A stretch of 33,657 nt of DNA from Macrostomum lignano (lineage: Eukaryota): assembly GCA_002269645.1 (NCBI GenBank), contig NIVC01001963.1, positions 1-33,657 on the forward strand. The letters are read 5' to 3'. The notes below the pieces were generated by a model. It was not told where the DNA came from. It saw only the letters and a program-made list of their open reading frames with translations, and did not search any database. Of this stretch, positions 1 to 11,719 are shown piece by piece. Made by a program: the position numbers and the translations under genes. Every line of letters begins with the position of its first letter. Position 1 is the stretch's first letter.

Positions 1-454
1 GGGTTGGGGTGGGTGGGGGAGAGATAGGCCGAATCCCATCAGAGTTTTACTAAAAATTCTTTATAAGGCATTTTACTAGCAAAGCTGAGAGACAGACAAG
101 AAAAGACACAATGTGAATAAGACATTTATCGGTTTCGTTTCACAATGTATCTTAACTTAAAAAATGGCTTGCAAGTTATAAGCATGACCGTACTCCATGA
201 TACCCTATAGCTATTGCTCGACATACTGCTAATAATGCATATACAACACAATGAACAACTCCTTAGCCATAGTTTCTGGGAACATTTTTCTCAGCCCTTA
301 GCAAAAGGCTTTCTGCTTTTTCAGGTCAGCAAAAATTTCTAGCCCGCTGCCGACTGCGGTGTGTGCATTGCTCTTCTTCTACATATGGATAAAACAGTCT
401 TGCTGGCGCATTGTTTGCCATAAATGGAAAAGCTGTTAGCGAATTGTGCCGCAC

Positions 455-459
<5 letters not shown>

Positions 460-485
<26 letters not shown>

Positions 486-505
486 CTACACGCCCCCCCC
501 CCCCC
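460..505. repeat. (GA)n microsatellite followed by poly-C tract
   Basis: GAGAGA run at 460-485 and C run at 493-505, read directly. Confidence 0.95.
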
Positions 506-800
506 AGCATCCAAGTTGCAGTCTTGAGCCTGAGGCTGAGAGTTGCGTACACCTACAGAGGTGGAGTATTTATTCAGAGTAGAATTCTTAGCTCTCGGTT
601 CGTGAGATTAATATTTTTTAAGACGGTCAGTAAGAAGTGTGCGAGTTGAAATCTTTGAATATTTTCAGCCAAAATCTGCTTCGGAAAAGGGAGGAGACAG
701 AATCTTCTAACACATAAAGGTAAGCATTGTCACTGCATTTGGCTGAATTGACTATTAAGTCTTTAAGTGTACATGGTACTTGTTAAGTGTGATCATGTCC

Positions 801-2542
801 AGTCTTGATTGAGTCTTGATTGAGTCTTGATTGAGTCTTGATTGAGTCTTGATTGAGTCTTGATTGAGTCTTGATTGAGTCTTGATTGAGTCTTGATTGA
901 GTCTTGATTGAGTCTTGATTGAGTCATGATTGAGTCTTGATTGAGTCTTGATTGAGTCTTGATTGAGTCTTGATTGAGTCTTGATTGAGTCTTGATTGAG
1001 TCTTGATTGAGTCTTGATTGAGTCTTGATTGAGTCTTGATTGAGTCTTGATTAAATCTTGACTGAGTCTTGATTGAGTTTTGATTTAGTCTTGATTGAGT
1101 CTTGATTAAATCTTGATTGAGTCTTGATTGAGTCTTGATTGAATCTTGAGTAAATCTTGATTAAATCTTGATTGAGTCTTGATTGAGTCTTGATTAAATC
1201 TTGATTGAGTCTTGATTGAGTCTTGATTGAGTCTTGATCGAGTCTTGATTGAGTCTTGATTGAGTCTTGATTGAGTCTTGATTGAGTCTTGATTGAGTCT
1301 TGATTGAGTCTTGATTGAGTCTTGATTGAGTCTTGATTAAATCTTGATTGAGTCTTGATTGAGTCTTGATTGAGTCTTGATTGAGTCTTGATTGAGTCTT
1401 GATTGAGTCTTGATTAAATCTTGATTGAGTCTTGATTGAGTCTTGATTGAGTCTTGATTGAGTCTTGATTGATTGAGTCTTGATTGAGTCTTGATCGATT
1501 GAGTCTTGATTGAGTCTTGATTGAGTCTTGATTGAGTCTTGATTGAGTCTTGATCGATTGAGTCTTGATTGAGTCTTGATTGAGTCTTGATTGAGTCTTG
1601 AATGAGTCTAGATTAAATCTTGATTGAGTCTTGATTGAGTCTTGATTGAGTCTTGATTGAGTCTTGATTGAGTCTTGATTGAGTCTTGATCGAGTCTTGA
1701 TTGAGTCTTGATTGAGTCTTGATTGAGTCTTGATTGAGTCTTGATTGAGTCTTGATTGAGTCTTGATTGAGTCTTGATCGAGTCTTGATTGAGTCTTGAT
1801 TGAGTCTTGATTGAGTCTTGATTGAGTCTTGATTGAGTCTTGATTGAGTCTTGATTGAGTCTTGATTGAGTCTTGATTGAGTCTTGATCGATTAAGTCTT
1901 GATTGAGTCTTGATTGAGTCTTGATTGAGTCTTGATTGAGTCTTGATTGAGTCTTGATTGAGTCTTGATCGATTGAGTCTTGATTGAGTCTTGATTGAGT
2001 CTTGATTGAGTCTTGATTGAGTCTTGATCGATTGAGTCTTGATTGAGTCTTGATTGAGTCTTGATTGAGTCTTGATTGAGTCTTGATTGAGTCTTGATTG
2101 AGTCTTGATTGAGTCTTGATTGAGTCTTGATTGAGTCTTGATTGAGTCTTGATTGAGTCTTGATTGAGTCTTGATTGAGTCTTGATTGAGTCTTGATCGA
2201 TTGAGTCTTGATTGAGTCTTGATTGAGTCTTGATTGAGTCTTGATTGAGTCTTGATTGAGTCTTGATTGAGTCTTGATTGAGTCTTGATTGAGTCTTGAT
2301 TGAGTCTTGATTGATTGAGTCTTGATTGAGTCTTGATTGAGTCTTGATCGATTGAGTCTTGATTGAGTCTTGATTGAGTCTTGATTGAGTCTTGATCGAT
2401 TGAGTCTTGATCGATTGAGTCTTGATTGAGTCTTGATTGAGTCTTGATTGAGTCTTGATTGAGTCTTGATCGATTGAGTCTTGATTGAGTCTTGATTGAG
2501 TCTTGATTGAGTCTTGATTGAGTCTTGATTGAGTCTTGATTG
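801..2542. repeat. Tandem array of 11-bp unit GAGTCTTGATT (~155 copies)
   Basis: Direct reading. Variants AAATCTTGATT and GAGTCTTGATCGATT are interspersed. Copy number is length divided by 11. Confidence 0.98.
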
Positions 2543-3267
2543 AATCTGGATTTGAATATTCAGAGAATTTTAATAATTTTCAGACATCCAAGAATCCACT
2601 AAAATTCTGAGTATAGATAAATTCTATTCTAACACTATTGGATTTCTCGAACCCAATTGATGAAGTTTCGAATTACAATACAAGAGATATCGCGGATAGG
2701 TAACAAATATTAATCTATATTCAAACAATATGTAAGCCTTACGGATTCGAACCGTAGGCCCTAGGATTAATATAATCCGTAGCGGAGAAATCCAGCTGGA
2801 ATGCTGTCAAGTTTTTGTCAATTATTAGTGAGTCAGTTTAGCTACCAAATTTGGAATTCAGATTAACTATGTAATCCCGGTTAGGACTTAAAGCTCCGTC
2901 TCTCGCACGCGTGCAGAACCAGCAAAGCAAACAACACCTGTTTATTGTAAAATATGTCGAAATATCTTCCCTAATAATATATTGCCATTCGTGACCTGAT
3001 GAAGTGTTTGCAAGAAATTTCGACCAATCACCCCCCCCCCCCCCTTGGGTTAGTAGATATGGGCGGAAGCTGTGCCGGTATATCAGCACTCCCCACAGTA
3101 GCGCTCCTTGCCCGAGCGTACTGAGCACTTCCCCTGATCGACGACTTCGACGAAATGCGAAGCGATGCCTCTGGAGGTGGGAGCCACCACCAGAAACTTG
3201 CCGAGAGCGCTGAGAAAAGACCGACTGAGACAGTGAGTGCGCGATAGTGATGTTATGGCGACTTTTT

Positions 3268-5105
3268 CTGGGTGTTAGATAAATACACACCTAGAGTGGG
3301 GTGTTAGGTTAATACACACACACAAGCATCTAAATCTGGGTGTTAGATAGATACAGATCTAAATCGGAGTGTTAGATAGATACAGATCTAAATCGGGGTG
3401 TTAGATAGATACAGATCTAAATCGGGGTGTTAGATACGCATCTAAATCTGGGTGTTAGATGTATACACATCTAAATCGGGGTGTTAGATAGATAAGCATC
3501 TAAATCTTGGTGTTAGATAAATACACATCTAAATCGGGGTGTTAGATAGATACGCATCTAAATCGGAGTGTTAGATAGATACAGATCTAAATCTGGGTGT
3601 TAGATATATACACATCTAAATCGGGGTGTTAGATACAGATCTAAATCGGGGTGTTAGATAAGCATCTAAATCTGGGTGTTAGATAAGCATCTAAATCTGG
3701 GTGTTAGATAGATAAGCATCTAAATCTGGATGTTAGATGTATACACATCTTAATCGGGGTGTTAGATAGATACAGATCTAAATCGGAGTGTTAGATAGAT
3801 ACAGATCTAAATCTGGGTGTTAGATATATACACATCTAAATCGGGGTGTTAGATACAGATCTAAATCGGGGTGTTAGATAAGCATCTAAATCTGGGTGTT
3901 AGATAGATACAGATCTAAATCGGAGTGTTAGATATATACACATCTAAATCGGGGTGTTAGATACGCATCTAAATCTGGGTGTTAGATGTATACACATCTA
4001 AATCGGGGTGTTAGATAGATACAGATCTAAATCTGGGTGTTAGATATATACACATCTAAATCGGGGTGTTAGATACAGATCTAAATCGGGGTGTTAGATA
4101 AGCATCTAAATCTGGGTGTTAGATAGATAAGCATCTAAATCTGGGTGTTAGATGTATACAGATCTAAATCGGAGTGTTAGATAGATACAGATCTAAATCT
4201 GGGTGTTAGATATATACACATCTAAATCGGGGTGTTAGATACAGATCTAAATCGGGGTGTTAGATAAGCATCTAAATCTGGGTGTTAGATAGATACAGAT
4301 CTAAATCGGAGTGTTAGATAGATAAGCATCTAAATCTGGGTGTTAGATGTATACACATCTTAATCGGGGTGTTAGATAGATACAGATCTAAATCGGAGTG
4401 TTAGATAGATACAGATCTAAATCTGGGTGTTAGATATATACACATCTAAATCGGGGTGTTAGATACAGATCTAAATCGGGGTGTTAGATAAGCATCTAAA
4501 TCTGGGTGTTAGATAGATAAGCATCTAAATCTGGGTGTTAGATGTATACAGATCTAAATCGGAGTGTTAGATAGATACAGATCTAAATCTGGGTGTTAGA
4601 TATATACACATCTAAATCGGGGTGTTAGATACAGATCTAAATCGGGGTGTTAGATAAGCATCTAAATCTGGGTGTTAGATAGATACAGATCTAAATCGGA
4701 GTGTTAGATAGATAAGCATCTAAATCTGGGTGTTAGTTGTATACACATCTTAATCGGGGTGTTAGATAGATACAGATCTAAATTGGAGTGTTAGATAGAT
4801 ACAGATCTAAATCTGGGTGTTAGATATATACACATCTAAATCGGGGTGTTAGATACAGATCTAAATCGGGGTGTTAGATAAGCATCTAAATCTGGGTGTT
4901 AGATAGATACAGATCTAAATCGGAGTGTTAGATAGATAAGCATCTAAATCGGAGTGTTAGATAGATAAGCATCTAAATCTGGGTGTTAGATGTATACACA
5001 TCTTAATCGGGGTGTTAGATAGATAAGCATCTAAATCGGGGTGTTAGATGGATACAGATCTAAATCGGGGTGTCAGAGACGCATCTAAATCGGAGTGTTA
5101 GATAG
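3268..5105. repeat. Composite minisatellite, ~22-30 bp units (GGGTGTTAGAT-spacer-ATCTAAATC), with 390-bp higher-order period
   Basis: Units share GTGTTAGAT and ATCTAAATC with variable spacers. Identical blocks start at 4021, 4411 and 4801. Confidence 0.95.
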
Positions 5106-5539
5106 ACATGCATTTAAATAAAGAAGGCACCTCAATTAAGATCACACCCTAAGCCTATTATAGGGCCAGAACTGATTCCTAACTCTCGAACACGACAATT
5201 ACAAAAGTACACAAACTTTTTTCATACTTTTTTCTAGCCACTGTTTTTTTTAATCCGAGTTCACCGCCCACCTAACTGGGCTCGAGTGCTTTCAGGCCTA
5301 ACGTTCCGGTCCACTCTAGATTAATATACTCGATTAATAACTAGTAGTATATATAGTATGTTAAGTGTTTACAGCATAGTTCTCCATTATGCAGGCAAAC
5401 TGCCAAAGCTACTTAACCTTTGGCTGGCTTTATTGAGCAGAAAGTTTTGCGAAAATACAGTGAAGCTTTAGGGAGCGGAAGTGCGTCAGTTTTTTTTGAC
5501 TAGTGAGGGCTAAGGTTAATAGGAGGGAGTGCTTAGTTG

Positions 5540-6285
5540 TTTTTATAAGAGTGCCTAGTTTTTTTTTATTGAGTGCCTAGTTTTTTCCCAGGAGTGCCTA
5601 GTTTTTTGAAAGAGTGACTAGTTCTTATGCCGGAGTGCCCAGTTTTTCAGAAGAAGTGCCTAGTTCTTCGGGGAAACTGACTTGTTCTCTGGATTGACTG
5701 AGTGCCTTGTTTCTCAAAGGGAGTGCCCAGTTTCTCAGAGGGAGTGCCCACTTTTTCAGAAAGAGTGCCCAGTTTTAAAAAAAAAGAGTGCCTAGTTTTT
5801 CAAAGAGAGAGACTAGTTTTTCAAGAAGAGTGACTAGTTTTTTTAGAAAGATTGACTGGTTTTTCAGGAAGAGTGACTAGTTTTTCAGGAAGAGTGACTA
5901 GTTTTTCAGAAAGAGTGACTAGTTTTTCAGAAAGAGTGACTAGTTTTTCAGGAAGAGTGACTAGTTTTTCAGAAAGAGTGACTAGTTTTTCAGAAAGAGT
6001 GACTAGTTTTTCAGGAAGAGTGACTAGTTTTTCAGAAAGAGTGACTAGTTTTTCAGGAAGAGTGACTAGTTTTTCAGAAAGAGTGACTAGTTTTTCAGGA
6101 AGAGTGACTAGTTTGTCAGAAAGAGTGACTAGTTTTTCAGAAAGAGTGACTAGTTTTTCAGGAAAAGTGACTAGTTTTTCAGAAAGAGTGACTAGTTTTT
6201 CAGGAAGGGAGTTGCCTAAGTTTTTCAAAGAGAGTGCCAAGTTTTTTAGAGAGAGTGCCTAGTTTTTCAGGAAGAGTGACTAAGC
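5540..6285. repeat. 21-bp minisatellite AGAGTGACTAGTTTTTCAG(G/A)A with degenerate flanks
   Basis: Homogeneous core at ~5826-6200 and decayed copies on both sides. It explains the repetitive ORFs at 5821-6262. Confidence 0.95.
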
Positions 6286-7141
6286 CTGTTTTTTGGCAAA
6301 TCAAGGCCAATCAACACTGCAGTCGACACCCACCGACGGCGATGCCGTCGGCTTTTCTAGAATATACAGTCAAACAGACAGAGCAGTATCCCAATGTTTA
6401 CTCAGAGACTAGAGGAGCAGATGACCATTTGCAGAAGCCATCCCCTCCCTTCGCGATCCCATATTCGCTATCAAGTTCCCATAGTAATACAGGGAATGTT
6501 CACCGAGCTAACCAAACAGAGATCCGGTGAATTCTATGTAGCTTAAGAGTTCTGTCATGAAGAGCAGTGGATCTTTACCAAGCCTGTTATCTGCAGCACC
6601 GCATGAGCAACTGAAATCTTATCTTCTGTGTTGGGCCTTCTCATACACAATATTATTATTTCTTTTTTTTCCAATTGCAAGTGGCTCAGACCGGAGGTGC
6701 CAAGGCAGAGCCTGTAATTGCCGCCTGTAAGACGAGCGGGCGCTCTGCTTTCGGCTCGGGGCTTGCAATAGAGAAAAATTAATTGCTTTTTCTTCTCCTT
6801 GAAATCGAAGAAAAAACTTTAATTAATTTGGGAAAATGTTGTTCCAACTTGCCTACTGCAAGTAGGTCGAACAAGATGCGGGCGTATTATGTAAAAATGC
6901 TTTAAAAATGGCAAAGCAGGCAAGAAAAGTTTGCTTTAAACTCTTTGTTTTTCTGCTGAACTGATTGTACAAAATATAGTGCTGGCAAGACCTCTAATAA
7001 ACATTTTTTATGTTAGTTTTATAATAAGAATGGTAGAATATCATTAGACCAAAGGTATACATGCGTTCTAATTATTTCCAATTAAACTCAACAGTTATTA
7101 CACTGATAACAATAATAGATTACACCTGTCTTAATGGCCAG

Positions 7142-7400
7142 ATGTGCAACCGACAGCTCAGCCGCATCTGAAGGCTGCGTACGGCTGTTCAGTCCAAGGA
7201 CTGGGGGGAAGGTCGCCGCACACACCCTCATACCCCAGCTAATGCTGGCACCCATTTTACAGCTGGGTGAACTGAAGCAATGCAGAGTTGAGTGTCTTGC
7301 TCAAGGGCGCAAATTGTTCCGTGTAGGATCGGGATTCGAACCCCCGACCTTCTAGTCGTGAGTCAGAGGCTCTAATCACTAAGGCTACCTACAAACCCCC
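7142..7400 (-). mobile_element. tRNA-derived SINE, copy A (CORE-like central domain, short 3' form)
   Basis: Minus strand has an A-box-like TAGCCTTAGTGATTAGAGC and B-box GGTTCGAATCCC, then CCTTGAGCAAGACACTCAACTC...CACCCAGCTGTAAAATGGG. It aligns by eye with copies at 18506, 19736 and 29511. Confidence 0.9.
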
Positions 7401-7420
7401 TGTAATTAGCAGCTCGTGAA

Positions 7421-8075
7421 GGGGAGGCTTCCCAAGCGCTAATTTTCATAACCGCTAACTCACTTACTTTCACAAGCGCAAAACTTCACAAGCGCTAAAC
7501 TTCACAACCGCTAAAACACAAATGTCGCCTACTTTCACAAGCGCTAAACTTCACAACCGCTAAAACACAAATGTCGCCTACTTTCACAAGCGCTAAACTT
7601 CACAACCGCTAAAACACAAATGTCGCCTACTTTCACAAGCGCTAAACTTCACAAACGCTAACCTTTACAATCCCCAAAACACGAATGTCGGTTTCTTTTA
7701 CAAGCGCTAAAATGGTAATTTACTATATATACTAATATACTAATACTAATATACTATACTAATATACTAATATACTATTTTAGCGCTTGTGAAAGTAGAC
7801 GACATTCGTGCTTAGCGTTTGTGAAGTTTAGCGCTTGTGAAAGTAGCCGACATTCGTATTTTAGCGGTTTTTAACGTTTAGCGTTTGTGAAGTTTAGCGC
7901 TTGTGAAAGTAGGTGGTTTCGCTATTCTGAAGTTTAGCGCTTGTGAAATTTAGCGTTTGTGAAAGTAGGTGGCGAATTTGTAGCTATTGTGAAGTTTAGC
8001 GCTTGTGAAATTTAGCGCCTGTGAAAGTCAATGTCGTTAGCGGTTATGAAAATTAGCGCTTGTGAAAGCGACCCC
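7421..8075. mobile_element. Foldback/MITE-like non-autonomous DNA transposon (655 bp), long inverted arms with internal subrepeats, TSD (C)TCGTGAA
   Basis: The left end GGGGAGGCTTCCCAAGCGCTAATTTTCATAACCGCTAAC matches the reverse complement of the right end. TCGTGAA flanks both ends (7414-7420 and 8076-8082). An AT-rich spacer lies at ~7711-7779. Confidence 0.85.
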
Positions 8076-10028
8076 TCGTGAATACTATATAGTACAAATT
8101 GTCAGCCCATAAAAACTGCGCCAATCTGTGACACGAACGCTGACCTGGGAGTCCTCGAAATTCGTGACAAATCAGGATGCATTGGGGCGATGAATTCCCA
8201 GTTGCACTGATGCAGAGCCGTGATGGAGGAAAAACGGACTTTACTCGGAGTAAAGGCAGGCCTTTATTGATTGATTTGTTCGGTAGGAGCCTCCTCAATG
8301 AGTCGCGTTAGCGTCGGGACAAACCCGGGGCTTCCGTTGGGTAGCGGCGGTCCCGGTTGCCCAAAGCTCAGAGTCTCAATCATGCATTGTTGCCGCATAG
8401 AAAAGAGACTGAAAGCTGCCCCAACTACAGGCAGTCTAATTTGCGCAGACAATTACGATAACAAATTTTCTGCTTCAAGTTGCTCCGTCCGCGTCTCCCG
8501 GGGATCCGGAATGCCACACGGACGCTTATGATGGAGTTAAGAGTCTGAGTGAGAGCACTTTGGATTTTATTAGTCAAGTACTCTTTTAACTTTATACGAA
8601 CCACTGATTGCTTGATGAAGTCCAAGCATGTGGCATCCTGGCAGCCAGAATTTTCTGCAGAGAATCCCGTTGCGACTTCGACTTCCCATGCGCGTAAGTT
8701 TGAATGCGTCGTGAAGAAGGAAGGGCTTAGTCGAATTGCCGGGAAACCGCATTACTGATTATAATCTGGGGTTTGGACGGCATGAGGGGGACACCAGACA
8801 GACTCAGCATCGCTAGAAGCTTCTGCAAACCTTTTTGTTGCCGTCTTACTTTGACTCAGCCGCAGGGGGTTCTGCAGGATAAAACAGGGCCGGGGAGGCC
8901 TCGCCGCCCATCCCGCTAACCCTGGCAAACACGGGCTGGGTGATCCAGTGGTGCCGGTGTACAGGAGGTGGATGGTCGCTCGCCCTATAGCCCTCGCCCT
9001 TAGGTAGCGGACGAGCTGGTAGAGATTCTCAGGCCTGAAAACGTACTGAAGAGGTTCGTCCGGGTGTATTCAACGATAGACGCTTCTGACGGTAATTCGC
9101 TGCCTGTTGCACGAAAATTGACCAATCCACAGTCATGAGGGTCAGCCCCCGACGAAAAAGTTAGTAGAACAATACTAAACAAAACCTTATAGTCACGAAC
9201 TGCAAAAAACAAAGCAAGAAAAAACACTGACAGCCCTATTGCCTACGTTTATAAGTCGATCAGCTTAGCTAGTAATATGAGCAAAATTAATCCAGAGTAG
9301 ATGAAGCAGCAATCAAGTAACCAGCGATTGTGATTTTGCTTTTACAACTGCTGCAGGCTCAGCTGCGGGCAGAGCGGAAGCAGAAATGCAACTTGTACTG
9401 GAGCGGGCACAACTAAGTCCGTCTCTTCTGCAAAAAGCAACAATGTGGAAACGTCACGCGCAGTAGCCAAATAACTTGCGGCTATCCCTCCAAAAATCAT
9501 GGGAAAGCAGTCTGCCTGCCGCTTCATCCGCGCAGCTTTCATGGGACAAATATTCTCCGCTGGGTAACTGGCTGTGACCAATCGCTAGGCTCTTGGACAC
9601 GGCATAGGGTTCCATTCTTGCAGAAAACTCTGCCCCCATTCCCAACCATGGCCAACTGAGTAGAGCTGCATAGAGCTTCTATTTGGATAGATAAGCTTAG
9701 ATGGGAGTTGAAACTAACTAATTGATATTATATGTAAAAATAATTGAGCACAACACCTGAGCCGATAAATGGGTCACTGAGCTCGCGGTGCAGCCCATTG
9801 AAATGCATCGGACAAGACGATCGCGGTGAGAGCAAACGGAACATAATTTTGATGAGTCGTTTGCACTCTAAAAAGCTTTTTTTGATTTTTAAATCATTGA
9901 AAATTTTATCGCCAATTCGAGTTAGGAATTTTGAGCTTGAATTTTAGTTGGGATCGCAAGTAGGATTTTTCGTTTGGCAGCTGCGTCTATGAGTAGGGGC
10001 GCTATTTCATTTGAGTTGGCGCCAACAC

Positions 10029-11514
10029 AAGGAGCTTTAGCACCAAGGGGCTTTAGCACCAAGGGGCTTTAGCACCAAGGGGCTTTAGCACCAAGGGGCT
10101 TTAGCACCAAGGGGCTTTAGCACCAAGGGGCTTTAGCACCAAGGGGCTTTAGCACCAAGGGGCTTTAGCACCAAGGGGCTTTAGCACCAAGGGCTTTAGC
10201 ACCAAGGGGCTTTAGCACCAAGGGGCTTTAGCACCAAGGGGCTTTAGCACCAAGGGGCTTTAGCACCAAGGGGCTTTAGCACCAAGGGGCTTTAGCACCA
10301 AGGGGCTTTAGCACCAAGGGGCTTTAGCACCAAGGGGCTTTAGCACCAAGGGGCTTTAGCACCAAGGGGCTTTAGCACCAAGGGGCTTTAGCACCAAGGG
10401 GCTTTAGCACCAAGGGGCTTTAGCACCAAGGGGCTTTAGCACCAAGGGGCTTTAGCACCAAGGGGCTTTAGCACCAAGGGGCTTTAGCACCAAGGGGCTT
10501 TAGCACCAAGGGGCTTTAGCACCAAGGGGCTTTAGCACCAAGGGGCTTTAGCACCAAGGGGCTTTAGCACCAAGGGGCTTTAGCACCAAGGGGCTTTAGC
10601 ACCAAGGGGCTTTAGCACCAAGGGGCTTTAGCACCAAGGGGCTTTAGCACCAAGGGGCTTTAGCACCAAGGGGCTTTAGCACCAAGGGGCTTTAGCACCA
10701 AGGGGCTTTAGCACCAAGGGGCTTTAGCACCAAGGGGCTTTAGCACCAAGGGGCTTTAGCACCAAGGGGCTTTAGCACCAAGGGGCTTTAGCACCAAGGG
10801 GCTTTAGCACCAAGGGGCTTTAGCACCAAGGGGCTTTAGCACCAAGGGGCTTTAGCACCAAGGGGCTTTAGCACCAAGGGGCTTTAGCACCAAGGGGCTT
10901 TAGCACCAAGGGGCTTTAGCACCAAGGGGCTTTAGCACCAAGGGGCTTTAGCACCAAGGGGCTTTAGCACCAAGGGGCTTTAGCACCAAGGGGCTTTAGC
11001 ACCAAGGGGCTTTAGCACCAAGGGGCTTTAGCACCAAGGGGCTTTAGCACCAAGGGGCTTTAGCACCAAGGGGCTTTAGCACCAAGGGGCTTTAGCACCA
11101 AGGGGCTTTAGCACCAAGGGGCTTTAGCACCAAGGGGCTTTAGCACCAAGGGGCTTTAGCACCAAGGGGCTTTAGCACCAAGGGGCTTTAGCACCAAGGG
11201 GCTTTAGCACCAAGGGGCTTTAGCACCAAGGGGCTTTAGCACCAAGGGGCTTTAGCACCAAGGGGCTTTAGCACCAAGGGGCTTTAGCACCAAGGGGCTT
11301 TAGCACCAAGGGGCTTTAGCACCAAGGGGCTTTAGCACCAAGGGGCTTTAGCACCAGGGCCTTTAGCACCAGGGCCTTTAGCACCAGGGCCTTTAGCACC
11401 AGGGGCTTTAGCACCAAGGGGCTTTAGCACCAAGGGCCTTTAGCACCAAGGGGCTTTAGCACCAAGGGGCTTTAGCACCAAGGGGCTTTAGCACCAAGGG
11501 GCTTTAGCACCAGG
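10029..11514. repeat. Highly homogeneous 16-bp tandem array GGGGCTTTAGCACCAA (~92 copies)
   Basis: Direct reading. A few shortened units occur near 10190 and 11355-11440. Confidence 0.98.
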
Positions 11515-11719
11515 GACACCAGCTGTACAGAGGCTAAAATTTAATTTACTTGTACTTAACACAATTTCTGGTGTTTGTACTGGTAGAACAAAACAGCCGC
11601 AAAAACGCAAATTGGCTCCAAATGAAGCCGTTTTCAACTCAGGTTATTCAAGCAACCCTTGCATAGAAACCCACCAATTCCGCCACAGGAACTTTGAGCA
11701 TGTGAGCGGCGCCCTGCCC

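Noticed and set aside
1-19. G-quadruplex consensus GGGTTGGGGTGGGTGGGGG
   Set aside because: It sits at the window edge with no context. Such motifs are common and no function can be argued.
3268-5105. Constant-repeat and variable-spacer pattern resembling a CRISPR array
   Set aside because: Spacers are short and drawn from a few recurring variants, there are no cas genes, and the context is eukaryotic.
5821-6262. Repetitive ORFs (EKLVTLS / ERVTSFS) on both strands
   Set aside because: These are translations of a 21-bp minisatellite lacking stops, with no splice or domain support.
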